A DNA stretch of 44,693 nucleotides, taken from the NCBI GenBank assembly GCA_031416075.1, contig JANOSY010000026.1, positions 1-44,693 of the forward strand, written 5' to 3'. The stretch's first letter is position 1. Each line of letters begins with the position of its first letter. The position numbers and the translations under genes were made by a program. Source of the stretch: Candidatus Tenderia sp. (GTDB lineage: Bacteria > Pseudomonadota > Gammaproteobacteria > Tenderiales > Tenderiaceae). Positions 19,314 to 28,492 of this stretch are shown here, one piece after another. The notes beneath the pieces were generated by a model. The model saw only the letters and a program-made list of their open reading frames with translations. It ran no database searches and was not told the DNA's origin.

Positions 19314-20918
19314 TTAATGAGTCCTTCGTCTGCGTGGATCGCCAAAGGTCAGGCGAAAACAGCTGCCACCGTCACTGGCGGGCAGGTAGTTTAAATGGGC
19401 ATGGTTACATTCGCTCAGTTCTCTGGCGATGTAAAGCCCCAGTCCACTGCCTTGTGCGGCGGTGGTGAAAAAAGGTTCAAAGATCTGTTGCTGTGCGCTG
19501 GGGCTGATGCCGGGGCCGTTGTCACTGATATCCAGATGTGGTGTGGTGTTGTTTGCCGCCTTGGCAATGAGTGTGAGCCGGGCGCGGCCGCTCTGTTCCT
19601 TGCCGTGGCGGATGCCATTTTGGCAGAGGTTCCAGAGGATCTGGTGGAGCTGGCTGGTATCAAATTCGGCGGTCAGGGCCTCTGGTTCCACGGTGAGTTG
19701 TATCTGGTCTGGGGCGAGGTGCTGATCGCGGGATAGCTCGGCGACAAAGTTTTCCAGCCAGGGTTTGAGTGGAACGGTTTCAGGTTTGGCTTGACTGCGT
19801 CGCCCGAGCTGGAGCACGTTTTCAATGATGTTGTTCATGCGCTGGCTGTTGTTGCGGATGATGTCGGTAAGGCGCAGGTCATGTTTGTCGAGCTGGGGTG
19901 ACTCGGCCAGCAGCTGGCCGGCGTGGCTGATGGCACCCAGTGGGTTGCGGATTTCGTGGGCAATGCTGGCAGAGAGTCGCCCCAGTGACGCAAGTTTGAG
20001 CTGTTGGGCCTGCTGGGACAGGGCGCTGGTATCTTCAAGAAAGATCAGTGTGCTGGCCTCATCACCCAGCGCCGCAAAGCGTGGTAGCAGTTCGGCAACG
20101 TCGCTGTGGAACCGTTGTGGCCGTTCGTCTTGGTGTTGCCAGCGCTGGTACTGCTCCGCCAGGGCCGGGCAGAGGGCGGTGAGTGAGGGCCTCTCGGGCA
20201 GCTGGGTGATGCCCAGTAGCTGGCGGGCGGAGTCGTTGATCTGCCAGATCTGGGCACGGTTGTCGATTACCACAACGCCGGTCTGCATGCGTTGGATGAC
20301 ATATTCGGCCAGCTGCTCCATGTTGGCCAGGTCGATTCCCCGTCTGGTGGCCAGTGCTTCGCTTTCGCGAATCCGCAGGGCCAGTACCCGTGTTAAAAGT
20401 GCGGTGACAAAAAAGGTGGCTCCCAGTAGTCCAGCATGGGTGTAGGCGGCAGAGAGCCCTGGGTTGCTGAGCTGAAAGTAGGCGTGTTCGCCGAGCATAA
20501 ACAAGGTGGCGGTGGCGGCGAGGCTGAGTGCGGCGCGCCCCTCTAGCAGCATGGCGCTGGCGGCGATGGCGATGATGAGCAACATGCCGAGTCCGGAGGC
20601 GGTGCCGCCGCTGGCGTGCATCAATAGTGTGATGGCGATGATGTCGGTGATGGTCTGGATATGGACTTGGGTGGTGAATTGGGGGGTTCGCTTGCCAATG
20701 GTAAAACAGGTGGTGATGGCAAAGAGCAGGTAGAGGATGGTGACGCTGTTAAACAAGGGTGGGTTGTATTCGCCAATCGGTTTGATACTGACGTCGGAAA
20801 AAACCAGTATCACAAACAGGCCAGAGAGTAGCAGGCGATAGAGGTTGAAGAGGCGCAATGGTCGCCACGTATGGGCCGGGTTGGTGTGCGTCTGTCTGTC
20901 TGTCTCTATGACCATCAA
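19314..20918 (-). CDS. pilS: Sensor histidine kinase PilS
   Basis: N-terminal TM region (LFNLYRL), PAS-like segment, AHEIRNPL H-box, FEPFFTT, GSGLGL. Confidence 0.95.
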   Translation of the reverse strand: MMVIETDRQTHTNPAHTWRPLRLFNLYRLLLSGLFVILVFSDVSIKPIGEYNPPLFNSVTILYLLFAITTCFTIGKRTPQFTTQVHIQTITDIIAITLLMHASGGTASGLGMLLIIAIAASAMLLEGRAALSLAATATLFMLGEHAYFQLSNPGLSAAYTHAGLLGATFFVTALLTRVLALRIRESEALATRRGIDLANMEQLAEYVIQRMQTGVVVIDNRAQIWQINDSARQLLGITQLPERPSLTALCPALAEQYQRWQHQDERPQRFHSDVAELLPRFAALGDEASTLIFLEDTSALSQQAQQLKLASLGRLSASIAHEIRNPLGAISHAGQLLAESPQLDKHDLRLTDIIRNNSQRMNNIIENVLQLGRRSQAKPETVPLKPWLENFVAELSRDQHLAPDQIQLTVEPEALTAEFDTSQLHQILWNLCQNGIRHGKEQSGRARLTLIAKAANNTTPHLDISDNGPGISPSAQQQIFEPFFTTAAQGSGLGLYIARELSECNHAHLNYLPASDGGSCFRLTFGDPRRRRTH

Positions 20919-20960
20919 GGTTCTGCTTTTTCCTTAAGGCAAAAATTGAAATATGGTTAG

Positions 20961-21090
20961 GGAACCTCTGAATAACCCCGTTCGCCCTGAGCCTGTCGAA
21001 GGGCTGGCAACGTAACCTATTGATTGTTAACTGTCCTCTAGTCATGGTTCGACAAGCTCACCACGAACGGAGGAATTATTCAGAGGTTCC
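20961..21090. mobile_element. 130-bp MITE with IS5-type ends
   Basis: Perfect 15-bp TIRs GGAACCTCTGAATAA / TTATTCAGAGGTTCC, flanked on both sides by TTAG (20957-60, 21091-94). It contains an inverted REP-like pair and an IHF consensus. Confidence 0.9.
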
Positions 21091-21126
21091 TTAGTTATCG
21101 GTGGTGATGGGCAGCACTATAGTCCG

Positions 21127-21363
21127 TCAGGGCTGTGACTTGTCGGCGTGGTCCTGGCAGCAGTAGGTCTGGTTGTTACGGCGGATCGCCTCATCATCAG
21201 GCACATGCAGGCCGCAGAGCGCACATTTGACGGCGTGGGTTGAGTTTGTTTGGGTCGAGTTTGCCTGGGGTGGTTTGGGTGGCGGCTTCATGGTGAGGCG
21301 GCGGTAGAGATAGAAACCAACCCCAATGACCAGGGTGATGATGAGCAGGCGGAATAGTGGCAT
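21127..21363 (-). CDS. PP0621-like small membrane protein with Cys/His cluster
   Basis: N-terminal TM, then CALCGLHVP...YCCQDH; usual position upstream of pilS. Confidence 0.85.
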   Translation of the reverse strand: MPLFRLLIITLVIGVGFYLYRRLTMKPPPKPPQANSTQTNSTHAVKCALCGLHVPDDEAIRRNNQTYCCQDHADKSQP

Positions 21364-21519
21364 AGGAGTGTTGCCTGGTTGGTATGAGCGTGAGCCGCCG
21401 ATTTCAGGGAGGGGGTGATCAGCCTGCGTCTGAAATCGATAAAGGGCTATTATGATCAATAAATTAGCGTGCAGCAATAGCGGTTGCCCAGTAGCGGCTG
21501 GGTGGCCCTGGGGGTCCTT

Positions 21520-22287
21520 TTAGCCGCTTTTTGGTTGATAGCCGAGCCGGGCGGAGAGTTTTACCCCGGCCTCTATCACCCGTGGCAACCACTCCTGACG
21601 GCGGCGCTGGATGGGGGCCGATACCGATAGCCCAGCCACCATTTGTCCAGAGGTATCACGGATGGGTACGGCGATGCAGCCCACGCCGGGTTCTGCCTCT
21701 TCGTCATCAAAGGCGTAACCGCGTTGGCGTGCCTCTTCGACGCAGGCAATAAGTTGGGCAAGGTCGGTGATGGTATTGGTGGTATAGGATTCCAGTCCGT
21801 GGTGCTGGGCGTAGCGGGCGCAGGCCATTGCCCCTTCGTCGGCCAGAAACAGTTTGCCGGCGGCGGTGACGTGCAGGGGTGCGCGGCTGCCGATCATCTG
21901 TTCGACCCGCATCGCCTTCTGGCTCAAGGCCCGCTCTATATATACCAGTACGTCACCTTCGCGGATGGTGAGGTTGACGGTTTCACCAATTTCGCTTCGC
22001 AGCCACTCCATCACCGGCAGTGCCTCCCGGCGCGGGTCAAACGGGCGTTGGGTGCGGGCGGCCAGTGTCAGCAGGTGGGGGCCGAGTCGGTATAGTCCCC
22101 CTTCGCTACGCTCCACCAGTTGGTGCTGGGTGAGTGATGCCAGGATGCGGTGGGCGGTGGAGGGGTGTAACCCGGTCTCGGCAGCGACTATTTTGAGGCT
22201 TAGTGGGGCCTCCTGTTGGCCAAGGGCGTCGAGTAGCCTAACAAGTCGATCGATCACCTGTATGGAGGTAGTGGTTGGCGCTTTCAT
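21520..22287 (-). CDS. IclR family transcriptional regulator
   Basis: SIQVIDR, GLHPSTAHRIL HTH, GETVNL, RAPLHVTAAGK, GYAFDDEE..GVGCIAVPI. Confidence 0.95.
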   Translation of the reverse strand: MKAPTTTSIQVIDRLVRLLDALGQQEAPLSLKIVAAETGLHPSTAHRILASLTQHQLVERSEGGLYRLGPHLLTLAARTQRPFDPRREALPVMEWLRSEIGETVNLTIREGDVLVYIERALSQKAMRVEQMIGSRAPLHVTAAGKLFLADEGAMACARYAQHHGLESYTTNTITDLAQLIACVEEARQRGYAFDDEEAEPGVGCIAVPIRDTSGQMVAGLSVSAPIQRRRQEWLPRVIEAGVKLSARLGYQPKSG

Positions 22288-22300
22288 TTCATCTTGAGCA

Positions 22301-22329
22301 TTTCATATTGTGCATTTCATATTATGAAA
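22301..22329. promoter_or_regulatory. Candidate IclR operator
   Basis: Perfect palindrome TTTCATA-T-TATGAAA (22315-22329) plus an imperfect copy TTTCATATTGTGCAT (22301-22315) in the divergent intergenic region. Confidence 0.7.
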
Positions 22330-22409
22330 CGTGTTGTGTATTGCGGAATAGTATTCCCTGGAATAGCATCGATGCAAGTTCAAAATCATCAATGTAAGGA
22401 GATTTGGTT

Positions 22410-24596
22410 ATGGCGATTCAGCCCCCAGCGTTTTGTGACGGCATTCAATATTTTGGCGAACCTTGGGCGGACCACGCCCAATATGCGGCAGAGGCGGTGA
22501 TTGGCAAAGGGGCGTCGGCGGTTGCCGACCCACGTAGCGCCAGTGCGGCGTACCAGACCTTGCTGGGGGCCGATGCCCTGCGTTACCTCACTTTGCAGAT
22601 GACGGCGGCCAAGGCCTCTGGTCACCCCGGAGGGTTTGCCAGCAGTGCCGAGGCACATGCGGCGCTGATTATGCTTGGCCATACCAACATCCTGACCGAG
22701 GTGGGACACCACGCCCCTGGGTTTTACAGCTCGATGTTTCTGGATACCTCGCTGGAGGCGATGGGGATCGGCACGGTTCAGCAGCTGCGTGACCGTTACC
22801 GTGAAAAACATGGGCTGCTGGGCCATCTCTCAGGGGCCATCCCTGGCATTCTGGCCCCGGCGGGGCCGCTGGGGCAGGGGCAGCACTTTGCTATGGCCGG
22901 GGCGCTGTTGCATCCTGGCACACTCTTCCCCTTCACCATCGGTGACGGTGGCATGGGGGAGCCGTATGTGTTGAATGCCATGATGCACTTTCATATTGCC
23001 TACCCCACGGTGACCAACTTTCTGCCGGTGCTGATCTGGAATGGTTATAGCCAGGAGCACCACTCCATGGTGGCGACCCTGAGCGAAGAGGCGTTGATCA
23101 ATTACTGGAGGGGACACGGTTTTGAGCAGGTTTATTTGGTGGATGCCAAGCCGTTTGATGATGCGGGCCAGAGCGGGGCGTTTGTAGATAGCAGCCGCTT
23201 TTCACTGCCACAGCGGCTGGCGTTTACGGCGGCGGTGCTGGAGGGGATGGATCAGGCGGCACAATCGGCGCTGGCGGGCAGGTTGACCGTCTTTATCATC
23301 AAACAGCTGAAAGGGGCGGGCGTACACGCCCTGGGGGCTAAATCCCACAACCTCTATCCACAACATACATTGGAAAACGAGGCGGTGGTTGAGGGGCTGA
23401 AGCGTCGTGCGCTCTCGCCCCAGGGGTGGCAGATTGTGCGTGACAACTTCAGCCGCGCCGGGGGTGGGCCATCATCCCGTACGGCGGTCACCGAGTCGGT
23501 ATTGTCACTGACCCCGATTGACCCTCTGACGCTGACAGATTTTGCCGTGGGTGAGAGCAAAGCCCCGACCACTGCCATGGGGGTATTGGTGGCAGAGGTG
23601 GGGCGTCAGGATCGCCGCTTTGTGGTGACCAACGCCGATGGCAACGAGGCCTCGGGTATTGGCAACATCAACGAAGCACTACAGATTCGTCACCCGACGG
23701 TGGATGCGCTCTATCACCAGGGGCCAACGGGCCAGGTCTATGAGCCGCTGAACGAAGATGCCTGTGCCGGTCTGGCCGCCGGGCTGGCACTACTGGGGAG
23801 CCGGACACTCTGGTGCTCCTATGAAAGTTTTGCCATCAATGGCCTGCCGATCTGGCAGACTGTGACCCAGGCGATGGCGGAGCTGCGTCGTAAGACCCCT
23901 TCAACGGTCACGCTCTTTACCGCTGGCGCATTGGAACAGGGGCGCAACGGTTGGACCCATCAGCGCCCGGAGATTGAGGCCTACTTTGCGGCGATGATGC
24001 GTAACGGCAATATATTCCCGCTGTTTCCGGTGGATGCCAACATGGTCCAGGTCGCCTATGCCTGGGCGCTGGATACTTATAATAAGGGGGTGGTGATCAC
24101 CGCCTCCAAGAGTCCCCTGCCGATTCGCACCACGCTGGAGCAGGGGCGCCAGGCGCTGCACGATGGTGCCATTACGCTCGTTGATCGTCCCGGTAATCGA
24201 AGTGTAGTCTTTGCCGTGGTGGGGGATATGGTGCTGTTACCAGTACTGGCAGCGGCTGAGCAGCTGGTGGCCCAGGGGTGTGGGGTACGGGTGGTAGCGG
24301 TGGTTAATCCACGCCGCCTCTACCGTGCCAGTGATGTTGCCTGGCAGGACTGTGCAGAGCCTGACAGTCTGTTTCTTGACGATAGCGGTTTTAATGCGCT
24401 GTTTGATGGCGACCTGCTGATCGGGGTGAGTGGTGGCCCCAGTGCCACGCTGGAGCCGGTTATGCTACGTAGCCGTGCCGCGCGGCGTGATCAGTTTGCC
24501 TGGAAGCGGGGCGAGACCACGGCCTCAGCGGCGGAGCTTATGGCGCTTAACGGCCTGACGGCGGATGCATTGGTGGCGCGGGCCTTGGCGATTTAG
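22410..24596 (+). CDS. ThDP-dependent transketolase/phosphoketolase-like enzyme
   Basis: SGHPGG, AGPLGQG, GDGGMGE...WNG ThDP motif, SYESF, NGWTHQRPE; AAGGAG RBS before ATG 22410. Confidence 0.85.
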   Translation: MAIQPPAFCDGIQYFGEPWADHAQYAAEAVIGKGASAVADPRSASAAYQTLLGADALRYLTLQMTAAKASGHPGGFASSAEAHAALIMLGHTNILTEVGHHAPGFYSSMFLDTSLEAMGIGTVQQLRDRYREKHGLLGHLSGAIPGILAPAGPLGQGQHFAMAGALLHPGTLFPFTIGDGGMGEPYVLNAMMHFHIAYPTVTNFLPVLIWNGYSQEHHSMVATLSEEALINYWRGHGFEQVYLVDAKPFDDAGQSGAFVDSSRFSLPQRLAFTAAVLEGMDQAAQSALAGRLTVFIIKQLKGAGVHALGAKSHNLYPQHTLENEAVVEGLKRRALSPQGWQIVRDNFSRAGGGPSSRTAVTESVLSLTPIDPLTLTDFAVGESKAPTTAMGVLVAEVGRQDRRFVVTNADGNEASGIGNINEALQIRHPTVDALYHQGPTGQVYEPLNEDACAGLAAGLALLGSRTLWCSYESFAINGLPIWQTVTQAMAELRRKTPSTVTLFTAGALEQGRNGWTHQRPEIEAYFAAMMRNGNIFPLFPVDANMVQVAYAWALDTYNKGVVITASKSPLPIRTTLEQGRQALHDGAITLVDRPGNRSVVFAVVGDMVLLPVLAAAEQLVAQGCGVRVVAVVNPRRLYRASDVAWQDCAEPDSLFLDDSGFNALFDGDLLIGVSGGPSATLEPVMLRSRAARRDQFAWKRGETTASAAELMALNGLTADALVARALAI

Positions 24597-24660
24597 GGGG
24601 AGGGGAGACTAACTGCCAGTGGCGGTGGGGTCACCCTGTATGGGTAGCGATGGGGTATAC

Positions 24661-25959
24661 ATGACAAAAAACAAGATCATCGTCCTTGATGACGACCCTA
24701 CCGGTTCACAGGCGGTGCATGGTTGCCTGCTGTTGACCCGCTGGGATACGGAGACGTTACGTGCCGGGCTGGCGGACAGTGCGCCGCTCTTTTTTATCCT
24801 GACCAATACCCGTGCCATGAGTCCTGAACGGGCTGCCGCCGTGACGCGGGAGGTCTGCTGCAATCTGCAACAGGCGCTGCTGGGCAGCGGCATCAATCCG
24901 GTGCTGGTGAGCCGTTCTGACTCCACCTTGCGTGGCCACTATCCGGTGGAGACCGATGTGATGGCGGAGCTGCTTGGCCCGTTTGACGCCCATTTTCTGG
25001 TGCCAGCCTTTTTTGAGGGGGGGCGCACCACCCGTGACGGTACCCACTACCTGCGGGTGGATGGTGTTGATACCCCGGTGCATGAGACGGAGTTTGCCCG
25101 TGATTCTCTGTTTGGTTATCAACACAGTTACCTGCCCGACTATGTAGAGGAGAAGACCCATGGCCGCATTGTGGCGGCTGATGTGGTGCATCTGACGCTT
25201 GATGCAATTAAAGAAGGGGTATTGCCACGACTGCTGGCGCTGGCTAATAACCAGTGTTGTGTTGTGGATGCCCAGGGTTACGACGATCTGAACCGGTTTA
25301 CTGCTGCTGTACGCGCCGCTGCCAGTGAGGGCAAACGGTTCCTGTTTCGCAGTGCCGCCAGCCTGGTCAAGGCGCTGGCCGATCTGCCGGTGCAGCCGGT
25401 GGCGGCCGAGGCGATGGGCCAATTCAACCGTGGCGGTCGGGCTGGCGCGGTGCTGGTGGGTTCCCATGTGGAGAAATCCAGCCGCCAATTGGCGCGGCTG
25501 CTACAGGAACCGGGGGTGACGGGCATCGAGATCGACGTCAGCCGCCTGCCGGCAGACCATAATGAGTTGCTGCGCAGCGCGCTGGCGGAGGTTGAGGCGG
25601 CGTTTGCGGCGGGGCGTACGGCGGTGATCTATACCCGGCGTGGTGAGGTAGTGTTTCCCGATGCGCAGCGGCGGCTTGCCTTTGGCGAGTCGATATCGGC
25701 GCTGCTGATGGCGCTGGTGCGGGGGTTGCCACGGGCGTTGGGATTTTTGATCAGTAAGGGGGGGATCACCTCTAACGATGTGCTGAGTGAGGGGTTGGCG
25801 CTGAGCGCTGCCCGCCTGCTGGGTCAGGTGGAGGCGGGGGTCTCGGTGGTGCGGTGTCCTGATGATCACCCCCGCTTTCCCTTGTTGCCGGTGGTGATTT
25901 TTCCCGGCAATGTAGGTGATGATGAGGCGCTGGCGCGGGTCTGCCAGCGGTTCTCCTGA
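24661..25959 (+). CDS. Four-carbon acid sugar kinase family protein (DUF1537, OtnK/DtnK-like)
   Basis: IVLDDDPTG, LTNTR, SRSDSTLRGH, PAFFEGGR, KGGITS, FPGNVG. Confidence 0.9.
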   Translation: MTKNKIIVLDDDPTGSQAVHGCLLLTRWDTETLRAGLADSAPLFFILTNTRAMSPERAAAVTREVCCNLQQALLGSGINPVLVSRSDSTLRGHYPVETDVMAELLGPFDAHFLVPAFFEGGRTTRDGTHYLRVDGVDTPVHETEFARDSLFGYQHSYLPDYVEEKTHGRIVAADVVHLTLDAIKEGVLPRLLALANNQCCVVDAQGYDDLNRFTAAVRAAASEGKRFLFRSAASLVKALADLPVQPVAAEAMGQFNRGGRAGAVLVGSHVEKSSRQLARLLQEPGVTGIEIDVSRLPADHNELLRSALAEVEAAFAAGRTAVIYTRRGEVVFPDAQRRLAFGESISALLMALVRGLPRALGFLISKGGITSNDVLSEGLALSAARLLGQVEAGVSVVRCPDDHPRFPLLPVVIFPGNVGDDEALARVCQRFS

Positions 25960-25961
25960 CC

Positions 25962-27419
25962 ATGTCGTCACAGACCGCACTGCTGGAGGCGTTGCGGCTG
26001 CTGTTGCCACGCGGCGCGCTGCTCTGTGATGAAGAGGATTTGCATCCGTACGAGTGTGATGGGCTGTCGGTCTACCGTGCCCTGCCACTGGCGGTCTGTC
26101 TGCCGGAGACGGTGGAGCAGGTGCAGCAGATCCTGCAGCTCTGTTATGCGCGGCGGGTGCCGGTTGTGGCCCGGGGGGCCGGTACCGGACTGTCGGGAGG
26201 GGCGCTGCCAAGCCCCGGTTGTGTGGTGCTGAGCCTGGCCAAATTTACCTCTATTCTGGAGATTGATCCGGATAACCGCATCGCCCGGCTCCAGCCCGGT
26301 GTGCGTAATCTGGCCATCTCCCAGGCGGTGGCCTGCCATGGGCTCTATTACGCGCCGGACCCCTCATCACAGATCGCCTGCACCATCGGTGGCAATGTGG
26401 CGGAGAATTCGGGTGGGGTGCACTGCTTGAAGTATGGGCTGACGGTGCATAACGTGCTGGGTATCAAACTGCTGACGATGGCCGGTGAGCTGCTGGTGAT
26501 CGGCGGTGCGACCCTTGATGCCCCTGGGTATGATCTGCTGGCAGTGATTAATGGCTCGGAAGGGTTGATGGGGGTGATTGTGGAGGTCACCGTCAAACTC
26601 CTGGTCAAGCCGGAGCGCGCCCAGGTAGTGCTGGCGGCGTTTGACGATATTGGTCGTGCCGGTGAGGCGGTGGGTGGCATTATCGCCGCCGGTATTTTGC
26701 CCGCCGGGCTGGAGATGATGGATAACCTGGCCATCCGTGCCGCCGAGGCCTATAGCCATGCCGGTTACCCGGTGGATGCGGCGGCGATTATTCTGTGCGA
26801 GCTGGATGGGGGTAATGAGGAGGTCTCGGAGCAGATCAGCTGCGTCCGTCAGCTGTTGCTGAAAGCGGGGGCGATTGATGTGCGTAGCTCCCGCGATGAG
26901 GCCGAGCGGCTCCAGCTCTGGGCCGGGCGTAAGGCGGCCTTTCCGGCGGTGGGGCGGATGGCCCCTGACTACTACTGCATGGATGGCACCATTCCCCGGC
27001 GGCGGCTGGCGGAGGTGCTGGTCCGGATCAGCGAGATGTCCCGTGAGTATGGGTTGGTGGTGGCCAATGTCTTTCATGCCGGTGACGGCAACCTGCATCC
27101 GCTGATCCTGTACGATGCCAACAAACCGGGTGAGTTGGCCCGTACGGAGGCGTTTGGCGGGCGGATTCTTGAGTTATGTATCGCCGTGGGCGGTACGATT
27201 ACCGGGGAACATGGGGTGGGCATGGAGAAGATCGACCAGATGTGCCACCAGTTTAACCCGCCTGAACTGGCGCAATTTCACGCCCTTAAACACGCCTTTG
27301 ACCCTGACGGTCTGCTCAACCCCGGTAAGGCGGTGCCAACGCTGCACCGTTGTGCCGAGCTGGGGGGGATGCACGTCCACGGTGGTAAGTTACCCTTTCC
27401 TGAGCTGGAGCGGTTTTGA
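25962..27419 (+). CDS. glcD: Glycolate oxidase/dehydrogenase FAD subunit
   Basis: YECDGL, RGAGTGLSGGA, YAPDPSSQIACTIGGN, HAGDGNLHP, GEHGVG, C-terminal LHRCAELGGMHVH. Confidence 0.96.
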   Translation: MSSQTALLEALRLLLPRGALLCDEEDLHPYECDGLSVYRALPLAVCLPETVEQVQQILQLCYARRVPVVARGAGTGLSGGALPSPGCVVLSLAKFTSILEIDPDNRIARLQPGVRNLAISQAVACHGLYYAPDPSSQIACTIGGNVAENSGGVHCLKYGLTVHNVLGIKLLTMAGELLVIGGATLDAPGYDLLAVINGSEGLMGVIVEVTVKLLVKPERAQVVLAAFDDIGRAGEAVGGIIAAGILPAGLEMMDNLAIRAAEAYSHAGYPVDAAAIILCELDGGNEEVSEQISCVRQLLLKAGAIDVRSSRDEAERLQLWAGRKAAFPAVGRMAPDYYCMDGTIPRRRLAEVLVRISEMSREYGLVVANVFHAGDGNLHPLILYDANKPGELARTEAFGGRILELCIAVGGTITGEHGVGMEKIDQMCHQFNPPELAQFHALKHAFDPDGLLNPGKAVPTLHRCAELGGMHVHGGKLPFPELERF

Positions 27420-28492
27420 TGGAGCAGGATTTGGATCAGGATCTGGGTCAGGTATTGCAGCAGCAGGTTCGTGCTGCCTATGAGCAGGGGCGACCACTCC
27501 ACATTGTGGGCAGTGGCAGTAAAGGTTTTTATGGTCGCCGTGTGGCGGCGATGCCACTGGCGCTGACGGGCCATCGGGGCGTGGTCAGTTATGAGCCAAC
27601 TGAGCTGGTGATCACCGCCCGAGCGGGAACGCCGCTGGTGGAGATTGAGGCGCTGTTGGCTGAACATGGTCAGATGCTTGCTTTTGAACCTCCCCGCTTT
27701 GGTGGTATGGGGACCATTGGCGGGGCGATTGCCTCTGGCTTTTCGGGGCCGCGTCGCCCTTATGTCGGTTCGGCGCGTGATTTTGTGCTTGGCTGTCGTA
27801 TGGTCAACGGTCAGGGCGAGACCCTCCGTTTTGGCGGTGAGGTGATGAAAAATGTCGCCGGTTTTGATGTGGCGCGGCTGATGGCCGGTGCCTTTGGCAC
27901 CCTTGGTCTGTTGCTGGAGGTGTCGCTGAAGGTGTTGCCACGCCCAGAGCAGTCGTTGACACTGGTCTTTGCCGTGGAGCCGCAGGCGGTGGTGGCGGAG
28001 ATGGTCCGCCTCTCAAACCAGCCGTTGCCACTCTCGGCCATGCTCTATGGGGAGGGGCAGCTCTATCTGCGACTCTCCGGTGCAGCATCGGCGCTGCGCG
28101 CGGCACAGACCGTGCTCGGGGGCGAGGTGGTAGAGGCGGCAGACCGTTTTTGGAATCAGCATCGGGATCAGAGCCACCCCTTTTTTGGTGGGCATGGGCC
28201 GCTGTGGCGACTCTCCCTGCCGCCCGCCACACCGTTGTTGGCGTTGCCCGGTGAGTCGTTGATCGAGTGGGGCGGGGCGCAGCGCTGGTTGCGAAGCGAC
28301 GCCCCGGTCGAGCAGGTCCGTCAGGCGGCGGCGAGTGTGGGTGGCCACGCCACCCTGTTTCGCGGCGGTGATCGTGACGCCGAACCTCAGCAACCGCCTG
28401 CGGCGGCGATGATGCAGATGCAGGGGCGTATTAAGACTGCGTTTGATCCTGGCGGCATCTTTAATCCTGGCCTTCTATATAGAGACTTTTGA
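27419..28492 (+). CDS. glcE: Glycolate oxidase FAD-binding subunit
   Basis: YEPTELVITARAGTPL, FGGEVMKNVAGFD, EWGGAQRW, FDPGGIFNPG. Confidence 0.95.
   Translation: MEQDLDQDLGQVLQQQVRAAYEQGRPLHIVGSGSKGFYGRRVAAMPLALTGHRGVVSYEPTELVITARAGTPLVEIEALLAEHGQMLAFEPPRFGGMGTIGGAIASGFSGPRRPYVGSARDFVLGCRMVNGQGETLRFGGEVMKNVAGFDVARLMAGAFGTLGLLLEVSLKVLPRPEQSLTLVFAVEPQAVVAEMVRLSNQPLPLSAMLYGEGQLYLRLSGAASALRAAQTVLGGEVVEAADRFWNQHRDQSHPFFGGHGPLWRLSLPPATPLLALPGESLIEWGGAQRWLRSDAPVEQVRQAAASVGGHATLFRGGDRDAEPQQPPAAAMMQMQGRIKTAFDPGGIFNPGLLYRDF

Noticed and set aside
27424-27455. Short 12-bp tandem repeat at the glcE start (QDLDQDLGQ)
   Set aside because: Two to three imperfect in-frame units; no sign of phase variation.
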